64,000 bases of DNA from Octopus vulgaris (GCA_951406725.2 OX597815.1:95790001-95854000); one strand, 5' to 3'; positions 1 to 14,692 are shown, counted from the first letter of the stretch. Numbers and translations: made by a program. The notes: generated from the letters alone by a model not told the origin.

Positions 1-117
1 AACCAAAATAAATATTATGGAAATAAATGCAATTTGATAGTGCCAGTTTTTAAAGAAAACAAAATTTATCGTAGAAATATCGTAAAATTAATTCGCTAAA
101 CTACTATGAATAACACA

Positions 118-120
<3 letters not shown>

Positions 121-206
<86 letters not shown>

Positions 207-302
207 TGTGTATGTGTGCGTTGGTGTCGGTTTATTAGTTTGAATATATGTATACATGTGTATGTATATATGAATATAAACACACATATATATATATATA
301 TG

Positions 303-358
<56 letters not shown>

Positions 359-391
359 ATCATGTGTGTGCGAGAGAGAGAGAGAGAGAGA
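121..391. repeat. Compound (TA)n/(TG)n/(CA)n/(GA)n microsatellite
   Basis: Dinucleotide runs are directly visible; they explain the overlapping low-complexity ORFs. Confidence 0.95.
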
Positions 392-559
392 AACAGTGCA
401 TGTGTAAGTGTACACACATATACAATAGGATGTGCTGAAAAGACTATACGCTGAATGTGAAGGAGTGAGACTAGAGCTCCGGAGTCTTATGCGCATTAAT
501 ATTACCTCTTATTATTAATTGTTTTTTTTCCAACTACACTGATATTTGAATGTTCAACG

Positions 560-1400
560 GAAACTTCAGATATAACTAGTTGCGACAAAACTTGCCCTCA
601 TAGTCTTAACAAGATACTGCAGATTTACCCACCAAGGACATTCATCTTGGTTGCTATATTACGAGAGTACACTATAGTGTATCACCTGTGCAAAGGTGAG
701 CAGACTAATTTAGGAGGGAAGGAATAGTGTTGAAGATGAATTAATGTCTTGACATCTCTAACTCCTAAAACCGAGGTAAACATTGATCGTGTAAACAATA
801 CGTGATGGACGTCAGGCGATTGGCTACAGACCAAATAGCTCATGCTAATGGCATATCCCATAAGGGTGTTGAGAATATTCTGCATAATGAACTTAAATGA
901 AAAGCTAGTGTTTATTGACTATCATCAAAACGGTCACAGTATCAATGGAAAGTATTATGAGAAATTGCTGAAGCAGTTACGAAAGGCTATGAAGAACAAA
1001 TGCTTCGGAAATCTGAAGGGAACTTGTTTCATCAGAACAACTATCCAGCACACACGTTCCTCCTTTCAAAGGTTGCTGTGCGTGACTGTAGCTTTGAACT
1101 GCTTGCTCATTCACGAACTCTCCTGATTTGGCTGCATCTGACAATCATCTCTTCTGCCACATGGAAACAACACTTGGCAGGAAACCAGTATCGCAGGGAA
1201 TGATGACGTCAAATATAATGTTGATGTATCTTATGAGCAGCAGGATGACGACATCTTCGCCAATGGAATACAAACATTGCAGCAACCGATGTAAGAAGTG
1301 TATGGACCGCAAGAGGTACTACGATCAAAAATAAAACTCCTTTGGTCACATTCTATGAAAGAATTTCGGTCAGCATATGAGATCATCAGGTGACCATCGT
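560..1400 (+). mobile_element. Decayed mariner (D,D34D) transposon remnant
   Basis: Frameshifted fragments LVFIDYHQNGHSINGKYYEKLLKQLRKAMKNK (842-1126), LFHQNNYPAHT and SPDLAASDNHLF resemble the mariner HDNARPH and YSPDLAPSD motifs. Confidence 0.8.
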
Positions 1401-1749
1401 GTAAACACACGCACCACGCACACACACATACATACAAACACACACACACACAAATCCACTCACACACATACACGAATATGTGCGTGTGTATGTCGGTGCT
1501 GCTCTGTTCGCATGCATGTATACACTTTATTAATTGGATATTGAATTTGGAACTTCTTCAGTATAATGGCGATATAATAGTAGTATTTGGCGAGGTATGT
1601 TTTGTAGGTAACTAAAATTTTATGTAAATCAATCGTAATTTAATTGTCTAGGAAAATTTTCAACATAAAATTGTGTTTCTCCGTTAAAAATAGTGTAGAA
1701 TCAATTATGTTTTGTAAGGCATTAGCGACAGCAAGAGGATACAGGGAAA

Positions 1750-3650
1750 CAGAAACTTAGAACAGGCGTTTAGGAAAGGCCTCGGAATCAACGTGCCGTT
1801 AGTGATATTGGCCCTGGACCAATTCAACGATAAGTGTGAAGGCTGTATTGTTTGATCTAAGGCGCATGGTATAAGAAACGATGTAACAAAAGCCAGTTGA
1901 TAGAGCCGAGTTGCAAAGCGCAAGTTTATAACAAAGCTATATTTCGGCCTTAGGTGGACTAAATTGAACGTTCGATACTATAGTCCTAAGAGACGTGTGC
2001 AGCATTTCAGCAGCACTTGGGTCAACTCTTTGCGAGAAATGGCAGTCCGGAACGCAAAATGGACTTCAGTTCGCACATTGGCTGCATGTCACGACACTCG
2101 GCCAGGGTGGTTGGTGTTGCGAAAGCCTGTTAACCGCAGAAATATGAGATGTGATTATGGTCTGCACAGGGTGAAAATCGCTTCACTTGCAAGGTCTGTC
2201 CTTTATTTTTATAAGTCAGACATGTTTGACAGACTCTTACCAAATATCTACAAGATATCTATATGGGAGCCAAACGGAAGAAACTCTAGTTCTATGAGGT
2301 GGGGTGTGATGGTACTGCTGAGAAAGGACCCAAAACAAGGGGCATCAAATAGAAAATATTTGGCCCATGGCGCAGCTAAGTGCAGATTTCAGAATATTGG
2401 CCGAGGTGGTAAGAAAGAGGTTGCTGCTTGTCGTCGAAGAAATAATGGGTGATTCGTTAACTTGCGCCATACCAAGCAGATCTGTCCACGATAAAACCTC
2501 CACCTCATGCATTACATCAAAGCTAGCGTGGGTAAAGAAGTTGGCACCCGTACGCCCAGTTGAATTTCAATCAAAAGCCTTCGGTAGGATCGACCACCAA
2601 TAGGTGGTGGCTGTTTTCACGGCAGCCGTTAGCGGTCCTGTTTCTTGTGGCTGGATTGCCGCAATATACAGTGACATTTCCTCGATAGTTCGGGTTAATG
2701 GTTACCTATCAGAACCTTTCAGCATCATACACTCGGTCCAACAAGAGTGTTCTCTTTCGTCCCTTCTATATGTACTGGCTCGGGTCACGTCTACGGAAAT
2801 TAGAGGCGTTCAAAGAAACGTTCCGTTCGAACTAGGACGAGAGAGAACCGTGTCGGTATATGTGGACAGAGTGACTATCATAGTGTCGAACATCATGCAT
2901 TTAGATAGGCACTGTGCTAAAAGAATATTAGGCGGTGACAGGATAAAAAATTAATCACGAGAAATCTTTGGGCCTGCAGCTGGGCACCTAGAGAGGAAGG
3001 TTAATGCCGTGCAATAACATCATAAGAGGCTGGACGGAAGGACCGGTTAAACTGCTCGGTGCATGATTTTGTTAGAATTTCTAAGTGGAAGAACACTTGG
3101 ACGAGGTGACGAACCGGATGGCATCCACAAAATAAACAAGAGAAAGCTATCTCTGAAAGGTCGCGCAGAGGTGGCAAGGTTTGCTAAAATCTCATCTATT
3201 ATACGTTACTGCTTGATCGTCATGTTCAACCCCAGTTTACGTCTGGGTAAACTAGAGCACAAATTCCTCTGCTTTACATGGAAGGGACGTATTTCACTGG
3301 TCAGTTGCTCCATCTTCTGTCAACAGCTGCTAAATGAGGACTGCTGAATGAGGACAGATACGCAGACAGGTGTAGTCCTGGATCAAGCGTAGACCGATGC
3401 ACGGGAACTGCCATGTGATTAGGCGTTGATATTTCTCTCTGAGTTAGGCAATGCGGTTGGTGGAATTTCCACTCTGGTGGTTAGTGGTGAGCGAAAGTTG
3501 TGACGTTCTCTAGGAGATTCTTAGGTGCTCTGCTCCGGAATACTATCAGACTGGGCCTATTGGAATGATCTCCGGTTGGCCAAGGATTTTCGGAGGTGCT
3601 TGCTCTTCAGATTCTTTACTGGACGAAGACGAGTAGAATAATTTCAGAGT
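1750..3650 (+). mobile_element. Decayed L1/Tx1-like non-LTR retrotransposon (RT region)
   Basis: Fragments ADFRILAEVVRKRL..TCAIPSRSVHD, QSKAFGRIDH, VRVNGYLSEPF..SVQQECSLSSLLY, a YVD (YADD-like) motif and LSLKGRAEV; many stops and frameshifts. Confidence 0.7.
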
Positions 3651-4380
3651 AGATCATCTGCTAAAAATTCAATGGTATTTATGATGACGTGGGAAGTTAG
3701 AGTCCACAATTGTAAAAAAAAAAGCTTTTGAATAAGCCCTTAACGTTTAAAGTGAATGAGAGTGTAAAATAGAGAATCGATCTCCCCCACCCCACTTTTG
3801 TTAGGCAATATAATGGAACTATAATCAATAATATCTGTTAGAGGAAAACCCCGGGTATCAACACAGTTTATCAGTTTGAGTCGCGATGGATTGTTATACG
3901 GGTGAGCGCGCCGCGGGAGAGAGCGTCCGGATCGAGGTCCTTTTAGGATTTTAAAGGGGGTTTTAGGGCGTTTATCTACAGTAGGAGTGTGTTTACGTGT
4001 CTAGTGGTGGGACAAAAGACACACATAGCCATACAACCCCGTTGATCGGGTTGCACGGTGAAAGGTCTCTGTCCACTCTGTTAACTAGAGAAAATTTTAT
4101 CAACAAATTTTTCGAAAAGATTGCACGCTATATACAGGCAAGCAAATCGATATTGACTTATTACAGTAGGATCACTCCAGCCACGTCCCAAACATTAGTA
4201 GCCTTGACGGAATACCTTAATACAGTAATAAACAATACACTGGGCACTCAGATGTATCTTTGTGTATGTATATAGATGCGTATGAAACTATGAGTGCCTA
4301 TGTGTATGTATAAACATGCGGATATCTATATGCATGGATATATGTATATATAAGTGTATGCGTACGTATGTGTACGTTCT

Positions 4381-4420
<40 letters not shown>

Positions 4421-4439
4421 CTTTTATCTTTTACTGGTT

Positions 4440-6035
4440 TCAGACCAGGGCTGAGATCATGCTGGTGTAATTGCCACCTGTAGTTACTCGGTGTTGTTTC
4501 CGGTATTGTTTTGAGTGAAGTAACGAGTTGGACGGCGCTGCTCTTCTTTGCGTCTCCTGCAGTGATGTGGGGTCATCTGGTATCGCAGTTAGAAACCTGT
4601 CCAGATGTTCCTTGAAAACTTTCCCATCAACACCATGTAGATCTCTAAGGTTGTCTGGAAGGATGCTGAACAATTGCTGGCCCTTGAAACCCAGGCTATT
4701 GCAGTACCGTGTCCTTATTTTAGATGGGGAAGACGGGATCTTTAGTATGATGCATTGCCGTCCTGTTCGAGGATTGGTATAGCTGTCAATTCCAAAATCG
4801 GTAGCTAAACCCTCCAAGTTCTTCTAAATTATATCACCGCATATCTCTCGTATTCTCTCCAGAGAATAGAGACTCAGCTCCTTTAGCCTCTCACACTAGC
4901 CCGTCTTTTGTATCGAGTCTATCTTCATTGTGTATTGGTACTGGATTGCTTCGAGTTCCACAGTTTGTTTCACACTCTCTGGGGACCATAGTTGGGAGTA
5001 GTAGTCCAAGCGGCTGAGAACGAATGTCTTCCACTGGAGTTGCAGGGCTTCCCTTTTCCTGGTTCTGATTGCACTCAGAATCCAGCCATCCACACACCAT
5101 CTTGGGAATATGCACAAAGAATGTTGCATCTTTCTTCGTGTGAAACCCAGGTCACGCCCCAACTCTGATTCTGGTATCATATTACCTTCTGCTCCAGTGT
5201 ATTCCGATTTTAGCCTGGTGTTGGACCGATAGTGGAGTACCTGAAATTTCCTAGCATTGAACTGCATGTTATTTTTGTTAGCCCTTTTGGAGATTTCGTA
5301 CAGGTCTTTCTGCAGTTTTATGATGTCATCTGGGTTCCTTACTGCCTGTAATACTTTTGTGTCGTCAGCATAACAGGTTAGATTTGCTGACTTCACCGCA
5401 GAGGACGTGTCTGAGAGGGTCACCACAAATACTAGTTGCCCCTCTGCAGTTCCCTGTGGGACTCGGTTGAGAATTAGTGTCTCTTCAGAGTGAGCACCAT
5501 TGGCTACAACTGTATGAATGCTGCCCTTCAGCAAGTCATGTAGCCACTCTCCCAGTTTCCCGGCAATACCAAGGTTTCGTAGCTGGTGACATATGCTATG
5601 ATCAACTTTGTCGTAGGCCTTGGCAAAGACGAGGTATATCGCGTCTACAGCTGACTAGTTTAGCTGTTGCTTCGGTACCCAGTCATAGTTTTGCAGCAAC
5701 TACGTGAGACAGCTCCTCCCTGGCCTTTATCCATGTTGTGTGTTTGTGAGAAGGTTGTTTTCTTCTAGGAACATGATCAGCCTTTTTCTGGCAATGCGTT
5801 CCACTGTATTGCTAACACATGAGGCCAGAGAGATGGGCCTGTAGATTTTAGCATCTGCTCTGCTCCCCCCTTTATGGACAGAGTATATCAGGCCCCCTTT
5901 TATCATGTTGGGAATTTTGTCACATGCAAGGAAACTCTGAAAGATTATCTGCAGTAGCTTTGCAAGAGCCTTTTTTACATGTCTTTTAAGAGAACAGATA
6001 GAAGTCCATCTGGGCCTGTTCCTGACTTTGATCTC
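4440..6035 (-). mobile_element. Decayed CR1/L2-group LINE (RT and 3' end)
   Basis: ORF 4896-5534 has VPQGT and YADDTK motifs; ORF 4440-4817 matches the C-terminus of the copy at 45085-46580. Confidence 0.85.
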
Positions 6036-6116
6036 TTCTCATCAGTGGATGATATTACACACTCTTCTGTTATTATTTAGATTTTGACGGATTTCATCCT
6101 CATATTGTTTGTTGTT

Positions 6117-6159
6117 AACACGTTTGGGCTGATATACCCTCCAGCCTTCGTCAGGTGTT
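6117..6159 (-). ncRNA. Degenerate minimal type I hammerhead motif (PLE-end remnant)
   Basis: Minus strand aacac-CTGACGA-a-ggctg(loop)cagcc-CAAA-c-gtgtt: stems I and II and CUGANGA present; GAAA mutated and cleavage triplet deleted. Confidence 0.5.
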
Positions 6160-6207
6160 TTCGGGAAATTTCGAAACTGGGTTGTCATTCCTAAGGTATT
6201 TTTCGAT

Positions 6208-6407
<200 letters not shown>

Positions 6408-6410
6408 TGT

Positions 6411-6476
6411 CACTGCCTGGAATCGAACTCGGAATCTTGGGCTTAGTGAGCCCGCGCCCTTAACCGCTACGCTATA
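6411..6476 (-). mobile_element. tRNA-like SINE head (Pol III A and B boxes)
   Basis: Minus strand TAGCGTAGCGGTTAAGGGCGCG...GAGTTCGATTCCAGG followed by (AAT)n; no clean acceptor stem, so not called a tRNA gene. Confidence 0.6.
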
Positions 6477-8517
6477 TGCAAAGCCCTGACCATGTTTACA
6501 AAGATTTCTGGGCAACCTATTTTCCTTAGAATTAGCCACATAGCATTTCGATTAACAGTATCGAATGCTTTGCTCAAATCAACAAAACAATAGTATAGAG
6601 CAAGATTCTGTTCAATGCAATTTTCTAGTAATTGTCTGACAGTAAAGATACAATCAGCTGGATGAACGAAGACCACACTGAGACTCAAACATTATATTTG
6701 GAACTATAAATGTATTTAAACTTTCTAACAAAATGCGGACAAGTACCTTTCCAACCACAAACAAAGGCGAAATCCCACGAAAATGACCACACAAATAATT
6801 TGGCCCCGATTTATAAAAGTATACTAAAATAACATCACTCCAGTCTTGAGGCACTCTCTCAGTTTTTCCAACAGCAACAAATTAATATATTTAAGATTTC
6901 AAACATTTTGTCATCCCAATATTTCAAGACTTCTGTACAGATTCCATCAGACCCTGCAGACTTATTGTTATTCAGCTTATTCACAGCTAAATAAATGTCA
7001 TTTCGATTTGGTTCAAATGCCATCACTTCTATAACTGGAAGGTGTTCAATTTTTTCTATCATCCTCATGTCAATGTATGATGGTCTATTCAAAAGTTCAG
7101 AAAAATATTCTACCCAACGCTTATTAATAGAAGCGGTGTCAGTCAGAATAAAGCGTCCATTTGCTGTTCTCACTGGAGGTATTGAGGAAGATTATGGGCC
7201 ATATACCTATTTAACATAAGAGTACTATCCCTTGGCATCATTTGTATCAGCTGCCCCTTCTGCCCCTTTTGCTCTATCATTCCACCATTCCTGTTTAATT
7301 TTACTTAGAGTGGTCTGCACTTCCCTTTTCAGCTTTGTGTAAGTTTCGTTTGAGTTGGGGTTCAAGGACTGAGAAAGAATTGCATTGCCTAAGTTTTGTT
7401 TTTTCTCAAATTATATCATGAATTACTGCTGATCTATCTGAGAACCAGTCACTGATTTAAATCCAACTTACGAACTTGTAAACTAAAATACTTTTGCTTG
7501 AAATATTCTTATAGATTGTTTGGGTCAGGATGGATACTTTCTATAGCATTGGTAAAGTTTTGCAAGTTGCTTGATAATTTAAAGATTCCAACATTTAACT
7601 TTCTGGGTACCTTAGAACAAGACTGTTGATATTTAGGCAATATCGAAAAATCTATTTTCCCACGCACTAGCTAATGGTCAGTCCAGCTCTCTGCCCCTCT
7701 CATGACCGGGACGCTAGAAACGTCTTTCATATCACGTTTCCTGATCAGAATATAATGTATGAGATGCCAGTGCTTAGATTTTGGATGCATCCTGGTGGTT
7801 TTAGTTTTACTTTTCTGCTTAACCAGAATATTGCTGACAACCAGATTATTCGCAGTACAAAACGTCAAAAGAGCTACTACATTTTTATTGCATTTTCCAA
7901 TCCTTTGTCGACCTAAAACAGACCATGAAACATAGTTCTTTCCAGCCCTTGCATTGAAAAATCTCTCAATATGAGCAGCTTGTTAGAAATTCATACGTTC
8001 CTCTATAATCGTGCTAGATCGTCATAAAACTGTCCTACAATTTCATCAGAATGGGACATTGTTGGTGCATAAATACTGACAACGGTAAGAAACGTACCTT
8101 TTGTCAGTTTAATATGGCATAACATGATCCGTTCAGATATTCCACTTGGAAGCTCCGCATTAGAGGATACTAATGTATTCTTAAGAGCAAACCCAACACC
8201 AAATTCGCTACGCTGACCCTTAGTTAGGCCTCTCCTAAAGATAGTACATCCATAAATAGGTTCATTCACATGGCCCTCCCCAGAGAGACGAGTTTCAGAC
8301 AACTTAATTATATCAAGAGAGTTTTTCTGGAGCTCACATGTAATAAGTGCAGTACGCCTTTCTAGCCTCTTGTTGAAATTATCATCAAGAAGTGTGCGCA
8401 CATTCCAACAACCGAAAATCAAAGGATTTTTATTTTTACTTTTTTTAAAAGATAGTTTGACCACAGTGGCAAGATGACTACCAGGCCCAGCCTGTGATAC
8501 ACTGGGACACCTGCCGA

Positions 8518-8518
<1 letters not shown>
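6477..8518 (-). mobile_element. Decayed RTE-clade LINE (AP endonuclease plus RT N-terminus)
   Basis: GCWNVRTLLD..LSETRLSGEG..GVGF..VSIYAPT (8003-8572), WHLIHYIL..RGAESWTDH, RWVEYFSELLN, FVDLSKAFDTV. Confidence 0.85.
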
Positions 8519-8553
<35 letters not shown>

Positions 8554-8673
8554 AGAGGGTATTATTACACATAAATGCCTCACACTAGGAGGGACAAAGT
8601 CATTACTACCAAAATTATACTAATCATACCCAAATGCAGTTTTTCAAAGCAAGACATTTAAAAAAATGAATTT

Positions 8674-8731
8674 AGTTCTGTATCACCGTGATTTCACATA
8701 TAACTTGCGTCTAATGATCGTCAGCGGAACT
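8674..8731 (-). ncRNA. Type I hammerhead ribozyme motif
   Basis: Reverse complement of 9326-9383 with one stem I mismatch. Confidence 0.7.
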
Positions 8732-9150
8732 GATTCTGAACACATCATAAATAAACTACCAACCTTACGTAGCGAAGACGAACAGACAACTGCTCATCCG
8801 GCCAAGCACATGGAATGTTTATAAATCATATATCCGGTAAAATGGCGGGCTTTTTTACGAACTGCATGTCGGGTAATGAAAAGTATTTCGGAATAAGTTT
8901 AACAATTAAGGATAATCTCTTAATAAGGGATCTTAACAAGAAATTATCGGGTAGCTAGCGTGAAAACCTCATAAAAGAAAAGAATCCGAAAATAATTTTT
9001 CTTTTGAACAAATTAATTATATCTATATTGTATAGAGGGCATTATTACACATAAATGCCTCACACTAGGAGGGACAAAGTCATTACTACCAAAATTATAC
9101 TAATCATACAAATGCAGTTTTTCAAAGCAAGACATTTAAAAAATGAATTT

Positions 9151-9208
9151 AGTTCTGTATCACCGTGATTTCACATATAACTTGCGTCTAATGATCGTCA
9201 GCAGAACT
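9151..9208 (-). ncRNA. Type I hammerhead ribozyme motif
   Basis: Reverse complement of 9326-9383. Confidence 0.75.
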
Positions 9209-9325
9209 GATTCTGAACACATCATAAATAAACTACCAACCTTACGTAGCGAAGACGGAGTGAGCAGTTGTCTGTTCGTCTTCGCTACGTAAGGTTGGTA
9301 GTTTATTTATGATGTGTTCAGAATC

Positions 9326-9383
9326 AGTTCTGCTGACGATCATTAGACGCAAGTTATATGTGAAATCACGGTGATACAGAACT
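9326..9383 (+). ncRNA. Type I hammerhead ribozyme motif
   Basis: agttctg-CTGACGA-tcattagac(gcaa)gttatatgt-GAAA-tcac(g)gtga-TA-cagaact: 7-bp stem I, intact core, imperfect stem II, short stem III. Confidence 0.75.
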
Positions 9384-9806
9384 AAATTCATTTTTTTAAA
9401 TGTCTTGCTTTGAAAAACTGCATTTGGGTATGATTAGTATAATTTTGGTAGTAATGACTTTGTCCCTCCTAGTGTGAGGCATTTATGTGTAATAATGCCC
9501 TCTATACAATATAGATATAATTAATTTGTTCAAAAGAAAAAAATTATTTTCGGATTCTTTTCTTTTATGAGGTTTTCACGCTAGCTACCCGATAATTTCT
9601 TGTTAAGATCCCTTATTAAGAGATTATCCTTAATTGTTAAACTTATTCCGAAATACTTTTCATTACCCGACATGCAGTTCGTAAAAAGCCCGCCATTTAC
9701 CGGATATATGATTTATAAACATTCCATGTGCTTGGCCGGAGTGAGCAGTTGTCTGTTCGTCTTCGCTACGTAAGGTTGGTAGTTTATTTATGATGTGTTC
9801 AGAATC

Positions 9807-9864
9807 AGTTCTGCTGACGATCATTAGACGCAAGTTATATGTGAAATCACGGTGATACAGAACT
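9807..9864 (+). ncRNA. Type I hammerhead ribozyme motif
   Basis: Identical to 9326-9383, 481 bp downstream. Confidence 0.75.
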
Positions 9865-10912
9865 AAATTCATTTTTTAAATGTCTTGCTTTGAAAAACTG
9901 CATTTGGGTATGATTAGTATAATTTTGGTAGTAATGACTTTGTCCCTCCTAGTGTGAGGCATTTATGTGTAATAATGCCCTCTATACAATATAGATATAA
10001 TTAATTTGTTCAAAAGAAAAAAATTATTTTCGGATTCTTTTCTTTTATGAGGTTTTCACGCTAGCTACCCGATAATTTCTTGTTAAGATCCCTTATTAAG
10101 AGATTATCCTTAATTGTTAAACTTATATATATATATATATATATACACGTTTGTGTATGAGTATATGTCTGTGTGCATGTATGTACGTGTATATAAATGA
10201 GTGTCATTTCAGATATCGATGTTGATAATAACATAACCAAGTACACGTGTTGTATAGTCCAATCATCAGCGACTAAACTCGCTTACAATCTTGGATGTCC
10301 TTGCGAAAAGAGTTAGTAAGCATTGAGGATAAATTAACATGCATTAATAAGTTACACGAATGTTGCGAAATTTGAAAGCATATGGAAAACAATGTATCAT
10401 TGAAGTTAAGATAGGTCTAAGGACTTGAATATGTATGTGGTGAGGAATTCTACGAAATGAAGAGAATCATTTCACATTTTATTTGTATTTATAAAAGTGA
10501 ATCCATTGTGTGTTCCAAAATCATCACTATATATTGTACCATATGTCTCTTTATGTTAATGCTTTGTAATACAATGCTTTGTGTTTTTATGGTATATATT
10601 TCTTGGGATATATCAATCTTACTTCTTTCGTAGGTTATAGAATCCCATTACAAATATACATATTACCTGAATGGTATGTATATCACATACATATCCGTTT
10701 ATGTTCCGTTGATAGTTATGGCATGTTGTTTCTTTCGCGCGAATTATATTAGGATGTTTTTTTAATCTTTATTTCCAATAAGGATGTGAATATTTAGCAC
10801 TTACATGATAGAAATGTTGAGTTTAAAATTTTGCGTAACTAATATGATTCTATAAGTCGTAACTCATTGCCTACTATGCAGGAAATTGCAACTATCGTAT
10901 CAGAAATTTATA

Positions 10913-11317
10913 TACTCTTTTACTCTTTTACTTGTTTCAGCCATTTGACTGCGGTCTTGCTGGCGCACTGCCTTTAGTCGAGCAAATCGACCCCAGGACT
11001 TATACTTTGTAAGTCTAGTACTTATTCTATCGGTCTCTTTTGCCGAACCGCTAAGTTACGAGGACGTAAACACACCAGCATCGGTTGCCAAGCGATGTGG
11101 GGGGGACAAACACAGACACACAAACACACGCACACACACATATATATATACACATACACATATACGACGGGTTTCTTTCAGTTTCCGTCTACCAAATCCA
11201 CTCACATGGCCCGAGTCTATAGTAGAAGACACTTGCCCAAGGTGACACACAGTGGGACTGAACCCGGAATCATGAGGTTGGTAAGCAAGCTACTTACCAC
11301 GAAGCCACTCCTGCGCT
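10913..11317 (-). mobile_element. tRNA-derived SINE (octopus OK/OR-like)
   Basis: Minus-strand head with A box and GGTTCAGTCCC B box, internal (TG)n, short repeated tail; homologous copies at 31185-31608 and 52647-53018. Confidence 0.8.
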
Positions 11318-12077
11318 TATATAACAAATGTGTTAAAATAATTCATTGTTTCATCCACTGATATAAATTGTTTAATTTATATAAGTAAAAATTTTTCCCG
11401 TCCTGTTAACGTAATTTAACCTTGAAGTAAGCGTGTATATTCACTCGTTGGTTCCAGCTATGGACAATATAATGTACGTATTATATGGAAATAAACAAAT
11501 TTCATTCATTAACTATATATTTGTCAGTGTGTGAGTATATTTATAAGTATGTATGTATTTATTAATAAATGTATATATGTGTGTGTGTGTGCTTCTATAC
11601 ACGTGAATAGTACAAGTGAGTATCGATGTAGAGGAGTCCAAAAGAAAACGCAGGAAGTGTTTTCAAAGGAACTAAAATATTTGAATTCTGAAATCTTACG
11701 ATACAAATGGAATGAGAATAATGGGCATTCCAAATAAGAATTATAGACAAAGCACGCAGGTGCGCCCGTGTCTGTGTGTGTATGTGTGTGTGATTGTGCC
11801 TGCGTGTGAGCGCATGCGCGCAGTTTGAAATATCGATGTACAGAGAAGAAACACTGTTATGACAAAGATTTGTTGTGGTGTCCAAAACATTGGATAAATA
11901 AATAGAAATAAACAGGTATATAATATCAAACAGCGAAAAATTGGTGATACAGTTGGAATGCATTCTATAATTGACACGTCAACACATATTCTAAACAAAA
12001 CAAAAGATCGTAATTAAATTTATTCCTATTGTATGCGACCGTTTACATCTATTCTTTTCAGACGTAGTAAGGAACTG

Positions 12078-12475
<398 letters not shown>

Positions 12476-14363
12476 TTACTCTATACTTTTCTATGCAGCA
12501 ATTTGGTAAATGCAAAATATTAACTTCACATTGAATAAAACGATTGACAACAGCACATTAAATAATGTAAAGCTATGCACCCATTAACCAAGCTGAGATT
12601 TAATATCAAATCTCGCGCAATAAAAATGTGTAATTATAAGTAAAGTAACAATGCATAAATAGCTGTTTTAGTACTCTGTAAAATAAGGAATTGAGTATTT
12701 TTCAATTCAATTCAATTCCCTCTGCGCATAGTTGCAAATTTATCGTATACACTATAATGAAAAATTCTGAAATTTATTGAGTAGCAAAGAAATGGCAATG
12801 AAAATATCAGCTATTTTGATTTTAATTATAAGTATACATAAAAAAACAAAAAAAAATATCCGAATGATCACTTAATTAGATTAACAAATTTTATGAAAAG
12901 AATATTAAGAGTAACTTTGAAATTTCACTCAAAGTTGCAACTTTTTGTGATATTTCCTACATTGAAAACGTGAAATAAAGTGTGCTTCTCAAGAACACAA
13001 CACGCAATCTGGTCCTAGAATCAAACTAGTGAGCCATGCGCCTTCACTCACACATAAATAGACATACATATATGTGTGTGTATATATATGTATGTTTGTA
13101 TCAGTATATATGCGTGTATGTATGAATGGACTTATGTATGTATATAGATATGAATGCGTAATCGTGTGCACGTGCGCACGTAAGACATGTTAATCATATT
13201 CAAATCAGTTAAATGCACTTATTCATTGAATATTTTATTTCAAACTTTTCGGTTTCTCAACTGCTTTGGAACTTTTTTAGTTGGCCAGGGCAACAATGCT
13301 TTCACAGAATGCAACCGTCTTGCTGAAATCGGCTTTGATGCATTTAGAAACTAACACTGGACCCTATTCGGTATTTTTCCTGGATTTTGACTCCTAGTTA
13401 TGTTTTAACAAATTTCACTTAAGTTGTGACAATCATGATTCCCATCACAGTCCAAATATTTCTGAGGGATGCAATTTTTGCTGGAAAATGTTTCTTTGTC
13501 TTGGAAAAATGATCATGCATTTATTGGTACTACTACTTCATTTGATAATTTTCAAGACAAAATTTTAGTGCCCCCAGGCATAGAACCTATTGTCAATGTG
13601 CCTTTCTATTCCATAAAATCTTGTATTTCCCATCTCTTCTAGATAGAGCTTTGATTATTAGCCCCCTTGGACACTTCTATTGTGAGAATTTTTATTTTAA
13701 ATAACCATTGATACAGTACATGTGTAAATCCCTGCTGCATATGTATTTAGTGAGCAACAACGATTTTAGGTAAATATTTTGGCAGCAAATTTGTTATTAC
13801 GCCCTTAGATGCATTACATTTTAAATAAGAATGAGCAGCCAGTGATAATGAAACTCAGAGTTTATTCTCATACTCCATGTTTACTGATATTATTTAAAAC
13901 ATTCTGTTATTATTAGTTTGTTTTGTACACTTTAGGAATGAAAAGAATTGTACTTTTGCAACATGACAAACATCATTCTCAATTTTTGAGAGAATTCCTC
14001 CTCAGTTAGATCTGCACTTTATTTTCTCTATATACAGAACTATGATTTAATTATTTATAGATCGATTTTCGTAATTTGTAGTACTATTTTTTTTTTTTAT
14101 ATTTAGCTTCTATTCGATTTCCTACATATGTTTTTACTTAGACCTGTTATTGTTGGTTGAGTGCATTTCCGACTCTTGAACATTGAATTAATACATATTC
14201 ATCAGTGACGAATCTTATATAAGTACTTCTAGGAATACATGTGCTGCGTTTTGTGATGTTCGTACTTGTTTTTCGTACTTCCAATAATCCATATACAAAA
14301 CACATTCACAGTTTAATCAAACTTAGCATGTTCGTCAAACCCGTTTGTGAAATGCTGTTTCGA

Positions 14364-14588
14364 TGTGTGTGTGTGTGTGTTTGTGTGTTTGTCTGTGTGT
14401 GTGTGTGAGAGAGAGAGAGAGTGAAAAAGAGAGTAAAAGGGAGAGAGAAAGGGAAAGAGAGACACTGAGAAAAGGGAGAAGAGGAAGAGGTTGAGAGACG
14501 GGGGAGTGAACAGTAGAGAGAGCGCGAGGAGAGAAAGAAGAACAGTTAGATAGAGAAAGAGCGATAGAGATAGAGAGAGAGACACAGA

Positions 14589-14670
<82 letters not shown>

Positions 14671-14692
14671 AAGAGGAAGAAAAAAGAGAAGG
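14364..14692. repeat. (GT)n then (GA)n-rich polypurine tract
   Basis: Directly visible. Confidence 0.9.

Larger units (their letters stand above)
8549..10125. repeat. Tandem plus inverted array of a ~480-bp hammerhead-containing unit (retrozyme/PLE pseudo-LTR-like)
   Basis: Unit repeats at 8550 and 9030, flips at ~9256, then repeats with 481-bp period; copies near-identical; (AT)n on both flanks. Confidence 0.9.

Noticed and set aside
4009-4074. HHR-like shape (ggaca/tgtcc, long stem, GAAA-ggtc-TC)
   Set aside because: No CUGANGA-like strand between stems I and II.
6411-6476. tRNA gene
   Set aside because: A and B boxes are present, but there is no proper acceptor stem and it runs into (AAT)n; treated as a SINE head.
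13240-14040. Higher-complexity block that might be a decayed coding sequence
   Set aside because: No open frame or motif that I could assign.
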